This document shows, piece by piece, positions 59,421-64,000 of a stretch of DNA of 64,000 bases; positions within the stretch are counted from its first letter, which is position 1, and every line of letters begins with the position of its first letter. The translations under genes were made by a program, and so were the position numbers. This DNA comes from Candidatus Anstonellales archaeon. Lineage in GTDB: Archaea; Micrarchaeota; Micrarchaeia; Anstonellales; J096. The stretch is taken from positions 227,836 through 291,835 of the forward strand of contig JAWAFI010000001.1 of assembly GCA_038890615.1 (NCBI GenBank), read 5' to 3'. The notes beneath the pieces are model-generated. The model was not told the DNA's origin, did not search any database, and saw only the letters and a program-made list of their open reading frames with translations.

Positions 59421-60297
59421 GGGCTTTATAAGCAGAAACCATCTCCTCTATCCCTTTTTCTATAGGAGTCTCAGAAAAGCCAAGCTCCTTCTTTGCCTTC
59501 TCGCAGTTGAACAGCCTGTGCTTTGCTAGTATGTTTATGTGCTCAGTGGTTATTGCTGGCTTCTGAAAAAACAGCATCTCCCTTAGCTTTGTGCCAAAAA
59601 ATGCAACAGCATAAGGGACTCGCTTTGTTATTTTTGGCACCCTTAAAAGCTCTGCTGCTGTGTCAATAATTTCCTGCTGGCTTGCACCTCTCCCTGCCAC
59701 AACGAAAAGCCCTTTTTTAATGAGCGCAGCACTGAAAGCTTTAGCAGCATCCTTTACATGTGTGAAAGGTATGTTGTTCTTTCCATCGCCTATTATGGCA
59801 AATTCCCCTTTCTCTATCATCCTGAGCACCCTGAAATAGTCTTGGAACTGCGGGCCATAGAGCGGGCCTATCCTAAGTACTGCATAACTCTTCCTTGCCA
59901 TAATTACTCTCTCTGCCTCTGCCTTTGACTTTGCATAGGGGGTATCAGGCCTTATGGGGGTTAGCTCATCTGCTCCACTGGGCACATCCTTTCCATACAC
60001 TGAGATGGAGCTTGCCAAGACGAAGTGTGCATCTTCTGGAAGCGCTTGGCAAAGGGTTTTTGTGAGCTCGGCGTTGGTTTTCCAAAGCTCAGCTGAATCA
60101 AGGAAATTGGTTGAGCCAGCTATATGCACAAGCGCATCTGCGCCCTCAAGGATTCTTGAAAGCCCTTTAAGGGAGAAATCAGAAACTACCTCATTCTTGA
60201 GCCCTTTTGGGGCTCTCACGAGCGGGATTGCGTTCTTCAGCAATGGAAGGACTGATGAGCCAAGCCTGCCTGAGGCGCCTGTTATAAAAACAGCCAT
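59413..60297 (-). CDS. NAD-dependent epimerase/dehydratase (extended SDR)
   Basis: ITGASGRLG, SSISVYG, YAKSK. Confidence 0.9.
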   Translation of the reverse strand: MAVFITGASGRLGSSVLPLLKNAIPLVRAPKGLKNEVVSDFSLKGLSRILEGADALVHIAGSTNFLDSAELWKTNAELTKTLCQALPEDAHFVLASSISVYGKDVPSGADELTPIRPDTPYAKSKAEAERVIMARKSYAVLRIGPLYGPQFQDYFRVLRMIEKGEFAIIGDGKNNIPFTHVKDAAKAFSAALIKKGLFVVAGRGASQQEIIDTAAELLRVPKITKRVPYAVAFFGTKLREMLFFQKPAITTEHINILAKHRLFNCEKAKKELGFSETPIEKGIEEMVSAYKALR

Positions 60298-60345
60298 AGA
60301 AATAGTTGGGCAGGGGATTAAAAAGCTTGGCTGGGATAAGTGCGC

Positions 60346-60762
60346 ATGGCAAAGAAAGAGCAAGAATTCCCAGAGCCAACAGCAGGGGCTCTCATATTCA
60401 ACAAGGATGGCAAGATTTTCCTGATGCGCTCGCACAAGTGGAGGGGCAAATGGGTTATGCCAGGAGGGCATATTGAGCTTGGCGAAACTATTGAGCAAGC
60501 ACTTAGGAGGGAGGTCTTTGAGGAAACAGGCCTTAAGGTTTATGGGATAAGGTTCCTTGGCATACAGGAGTTCATATTTGACAAGGCCTTCTGGAAAAAA
60601 AGGCACTTCATATTCTTTGATTTTGCGTGCAAAACAAGGGGCTCAAAAGTGAAGCTCAATGATGAGGGGAGCGAATACGGCTGGTTCACCCCAAAGGAAG
60701 CCTTTAAGATGGAAACAGAGCCATACACTAAAAGAGCAATAAGGATGTGCCTCAAGAGTTAG
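60346..60762 (+). CDS. NUDIX hydrolase
   Basis: PGGHIELGETIEQALRREVFEETG (Nudix box). Confidence 0.92.
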   Translation: MAKKEQEFPEPTAGALIFNKDGKIFLMRSHKWRGKWVMPGGHIELGETIEQALRREVFEETGLKVYGIRFLGIQEFIFDKAFWKKRHFIFFDFACKTRGSKVKLNDEGSEYGWFTPKEAFKMETEPYTKRAIRMCLKS

Positions 60763-62029
60763 ATTGCTGCTCTTTGCCTTTCGTGCCCTGTTTTTCTGGC
60801 TCTTGCCTTGCCCCTTTTGCAGCAAAAGGCACAAGGAAAGTGGAAGCAACTATGCTCATGACTATTATGTAAAGGGATATTTCAGGGAAAGAAGCCACCT
60901 CAGAAGCTATGCTTGTTAGGTGGTCTGTTCCTCCCTGAGGAATGGCCTGCCCTATCTTCATCATTGGGTAGGTGGCTAAAACAGCTGTTGCAAGCCCCCT
61001 TGGCCCTATTGCTGTTATTATGCTTTTATAATCTGCAAGCTGGGAGCCCATTGTTGAAACAAGCGCTGAGGCATACCTTATGATGAGAAGGAGCGCCACA
61101 AGCCCGATTGAGAGGTAAAACTCGAATGAAAGGCTCACTGAAACTATTGCCCCTAAGAAGACGAAGAAGAAAGTTCTTACAAGGAATGAAACCTCTGACT
61201 GGAACTCTGTAAATGTAAACCTATTGCCGCTGTTTTCTATCCTGAATGCCCTCCTTATCAGCTGCTCATTCCCGAAAACAAGCCCGAAGGCAAGCACAGA
61301 GATTGCGCCACTGCCTGAAAGGAACTCTACAAAAGTATAGAGCAGAAGCACAAGGGCAAATGTTATCATGTAGTTGTAGCCCTTTTCTATGTGGTCAAGC
61401 AAGATAAAAGAGAGGATCCCTATTATAAGCCCAAGGAATATGCCTATTGAGAACTTGCTGGCAACTCCCTGCAATATTGACTGCACATCTATGCTGCCTG
61501 AGATCAGCGCCTGTGTAAGCACTATCACTATGATTATTGAGAAAACATCTGTTATTGAGGACTCAAGCGTAAGGAACTGGGAAACCTCTGAAGGCACTTT
61601 GAGCCCCCTGAGCATTGATATTGTCACTGTAGCCCCTGTGCCCCCTATTATTGCCCCGAGTATGCCTCCTGCTATAAGGCTTATGCCAAGCAAGTAGTTT
61701 AGCAGCACGGCGCAGGAAATGATTGAGAGCGCCATTATTATTGTTGACATAAGCAAGACCCTTCCGCTCTTGAACATTACCAAGTCTAAGTCAAGCGAAA
61801 GCCCGCCGTCAAAAAGCAGTATCACAAGTGCAAGGATTGAAAAAAATTCCTGCATGCCTATAATGGAGGATGGCTCAACATAGCCAGCTGCCTTAAGGCC
61901 ATAGCCCACAAGAAGCAAGAGGAGTATGCTCGGTATGCTGAACCTCTTTGCAATGAGCTCGCCCAAGTAGCCAATGAAAACTATGCCACCAAGCATGAGA
62001 AAAAGCATGTCAACAGAAAGGGCCACCAT
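60752..62029 (-). CDS. Cation:proton antiporter (NhaP/CPA1)
   Basis: LLFDGG, LESSITD, FFFVFLG, PRGLATAVLA. Confidence 0.9.
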   Translation of the reverse strand: MVALSVDMLFLMLGGIVFIGYLGELIAKRFSIPSILLLLLVGYGLKAAGYVEPSSIIGMQEFFSILALVILLFDGGLSLDLDLVMFKSGRVLLMSTIIMALSIISCAVLLNYLLGISLIAGGILGAIIGGTGATVTISMLRGLKVPSEVSQFLTLESSITDVFSIIIVIVLTQALISGSIDVQSILQGVASKFSIGIFLGLIIGILSFILLDHIEKGYNYMITFALVLLLYTFVEFLSGSGAISVLAFGLVFGNEQLIRRAFRIENSGNRFTFTEFQSEVSFLVRTFFFVFLGAIVSVSLSFEFYLSIGLVALLLIIRYASALVSTMGSQLADYKSIITAIGPRGLATAVLATYPMMKIGQAIPQGGTDHLTSIASEVASFPEISLYIIVMSIVASTFLVPFAAKGARQEPEKQGTKGKEQQSNS

Positions 62030-62130
62030 GGCTATGGATGGAAAGGTGGTATATTAAATCTTTTGGCTTGAAACCAAAGAGGCATAACCTTTTAATGAAA
62101 TCAAGCGATATTTAGCATGGGTAGATATGG

Positions 62131-62667
62131 ATGCCTGGCATGACCCCCACAAAAAGATTCCCTTTTGAGGGAATCCATGACAGCATGCTCCATCAGAGGT
62201 GGATAAAGAGGAAGGGTGGCAGGCTCTCAGAAAATCCCAAGAAAGCTTTTAAGGGAATGGGCAAGCAAGAAAGAGTTTCATTGCTTAAGGAGATGTGGCA
62301 GGAGGCAAACATCGCTTTGGGAAAGGAGGAAATGGAGATTGTGTTTGAGGGGCTGATGGACAAAGACCAGGAAGTTAACAAAGCAGCATGGAGAGTGCTG
62401 GAGAGGATGAGGGGGATGTGCCCTGCAAAGGGCGATGAAGCAGTTGCACTCGCAAGGGAATGGGCAAGCAACAAAGAAGCATGGAGAAACGCACTGATTA
62501 GGAAAGGGGTCATGCTCATTTTGGGGGAATGCGGCAAGGAAAAGGACTGCAATATCATATGGGCTGGGCTTAAGGACAGCGACCTTGAGGTCTATAGCGA
62601 AGCGATGGCTGCATTCAACAGGCTTTCAGAAAGGGGTTATGACCTATATAGGTTCAGAATCGCCTAA
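62131..62667 (+). CDS. HEAT-repeat protein
   Basis: GLMDKDQEVNKAA, GLKDSDLEVYSEA. Confidence 0.65.
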   Translation: MPGMTPTKRFPFEGIHDSMLHQRWIKRKGGRLSENPKKAFKGMGKQERVSLLKEMWQEANIALGKEEMEIVFEGLMDKDQEVNKAAWRVLERMRGMCPAKGDEAVALAREWASNKEAWRNALIRKGVMLILGECGKEKDCNIIWAGLKDSDLEVYSEAMAAFNRLSERGYDLYRFRIA

Positions 62668-62734
62668 GCTAAGGGGATAATGAAGCTAGGGAAGTTATCT
62701 AATGGATGCTTTTGGCTTTTTGCTTGAAAAAAGA

Positions 62735-64000
62735 CTATTCTATGCCGATAATTTTTTCCACAAGGGCAGCATAGGCAGGCCTTGAAACAAGGTAGCCCAT
62801 GAGGGAGCCGAGTATCGTTGATATTGCAAACCCTATTACCTCCACCATTCCTGAGAAAAGCAAAGGCACCATAACGAGCACTGCGACAACTGTGTTCATT
62901 GTGATTATCTCAAAAGCCCTAGAAAGCGACTCTTTTGCAGATGAGCCCTTCCTTAGAAGCTCGTCTGTTATTAGTATCTGCGCATCCACCCCTACTCCTA
63001 TTGCAGCAATGATGCCTGCCATTCCTGCCAAGTCAATGGTAAATGAGCCAAGTGTTGCAAGGAGTATGATCAGCTCCGAGATGCTTACGATCACAGCAGG
63101 GAAAATGAGCTTTATCTTCCTGTAGCGCACTGCAATTACCACTGACACGAAAAGGAGCGCCCCAACAATTCCTATCAAGCTTATCTCAAGGAAGGATTGC
63201 CCCAATGAAGGAGGTATTGAAATCAAGCTCCCTACTGAAATCCTGACAGGAAGAGAGCCGCCTTTCAGTATTGATTCTACAAAGCGCGCCTCTGCATCTG
63301 CCTCTACGAAGCTAAGCGCGCCTGCGCTGTCCCTTGCCTGGCCTCCTATCTGGTAGGAATATGAAGGCAGCCCTTCAGTGACCCCAGGAGACAAGACCGG
63401 GGCAGAAAGAAGGCCTGCTGCCTCCCATTTTGACACCCTTATCTCTCCTGTGGTTGGGTTTCTGAAAAGCTCTGGTAGCATGCTTTCTACTCTCTTTACT
63501 TTATACCCCTTTGCCTCAAGCGCTGCAGCAATTGAAGCGTCTGAAGCTACTGCTGTCCTGTTCTGGTATTCTGGCGCTGGCACCTCTGCGCTGCTTGAAA
63601 CATAGAGTATGCCGCTGCTGTCTCCCTCCAGAGCTATTGCCTTCCTGAGTGCTGACATCACCTCTGATTCCTTGAACTCTATTGAAAGGTTTGCCATGTC
63701 CTGCTTGGTGATTATGTAGGTTGCATTTTCCTCCCTGTCTATGAACATGTAAAGCGGATAATCTGCCTTTCCTTTTGCCACCTCTGCGAAATGCTCAGCG
63801 CCTTCTTTTGTCACAGAGAAATATACCGCCCAATTTTGCCCTCCAGGTAGGTTTCCGACATACCTTGAGATTGTGCCTGGCAGTATCTCCCTTCCGCTTA
63901 TTGCCACCCTTCCATCAACAATGCCTGTGAAAACACCCTGTTTTGATATTGAGTTAAGTATAGCAGTAGTCCTCTCATCGTTTGTGCCTGGTATCTCAAC
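62735..64000 (-). CDS. secD: Protein-export membrane protein SecD (5' end outside the window)
   Basis: LKGGSLPV, IDLAGMAGIIAAIGVGVDAQILITDE, GFA, SRPAY. Confidence 0.9.
   Translation of the reverse strand, partial: VEIPGTNDERTTAILNSISKQGVFTGIVDGRVAISGREILPGTISRYVGNLPGGQNWAVYFSVTKEGAEHFAEVAKGKADYPLYMFIDREENATYIITKQDMANLSIEFKESEVMSALRKAIALEGDSSGILYVSSSAEVPAPEYQNRTAVASDASIAAALEAKGYKVKRVESMLPELFRNPTTGEIRVSKWEAAGLLSAPVLSPGVTEGLPSYSYQIGGQARDSAGALSFVEADAEARFVESILKGGSLPVRISVGSLISIPPSLGQSFLEISLIGIVGALLFVSVVIAVRYRKIKLIFPAVIVSISELIILLATLGSFTIDLAGMAGIIAAIGVGVDAQILITDELLRKGSSAKESLSRAFEIITMNTVVAVLVMVPLLFSGMVEVIGFAISTILGSLMGYLVSRPAYAALVEKIIGIE

Overview
This is a gene-dense archaeal chromosome window, most likely from a DPANN archaeon and probably Micrarchaeota. 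That assignment is inferred from the PolD DP1/DP2 pair, the compact overlapping genes, a stand-alone 5S rRNA, retention of GGGP synthase and many orphan helical proteins. Core content: TBP, L21e-Rpo4-DUF655, XPD, ThyX, PolD, the GINS-L44e-S27e-aIF2a-Nop10-PAC2 operon, Mat, deoxyhypusine synthase, PyrH, RNase HI, SecD, two tRNA-Val genes and 5S rRNA. The main points of interest are: (1) a translationally coupled operon at 1-3939 with a VirB2-like pilin, a VirB6/CedA-like membrane protein and a split VirB4-like ATPase, resembling a minimal chromosomal T4SS or Ced-type DNA/protein transfer system; (2) an AT-rich divergent pair of a compact RNA ligase and a PIN ribonuclease; (3) two C/D-box guide sRNAs that are not in the ORF track; (4) a tRNA-Val whose 3' end lies 2 nt before the GINS start codon; (5) an apparently non-catalytic tRNA splicing endonuclease subunit; (6) many dispersed orphan HEAT/alpha-helical proteins. 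All protein assignments come from motif recognition by eye; no database searches were run.
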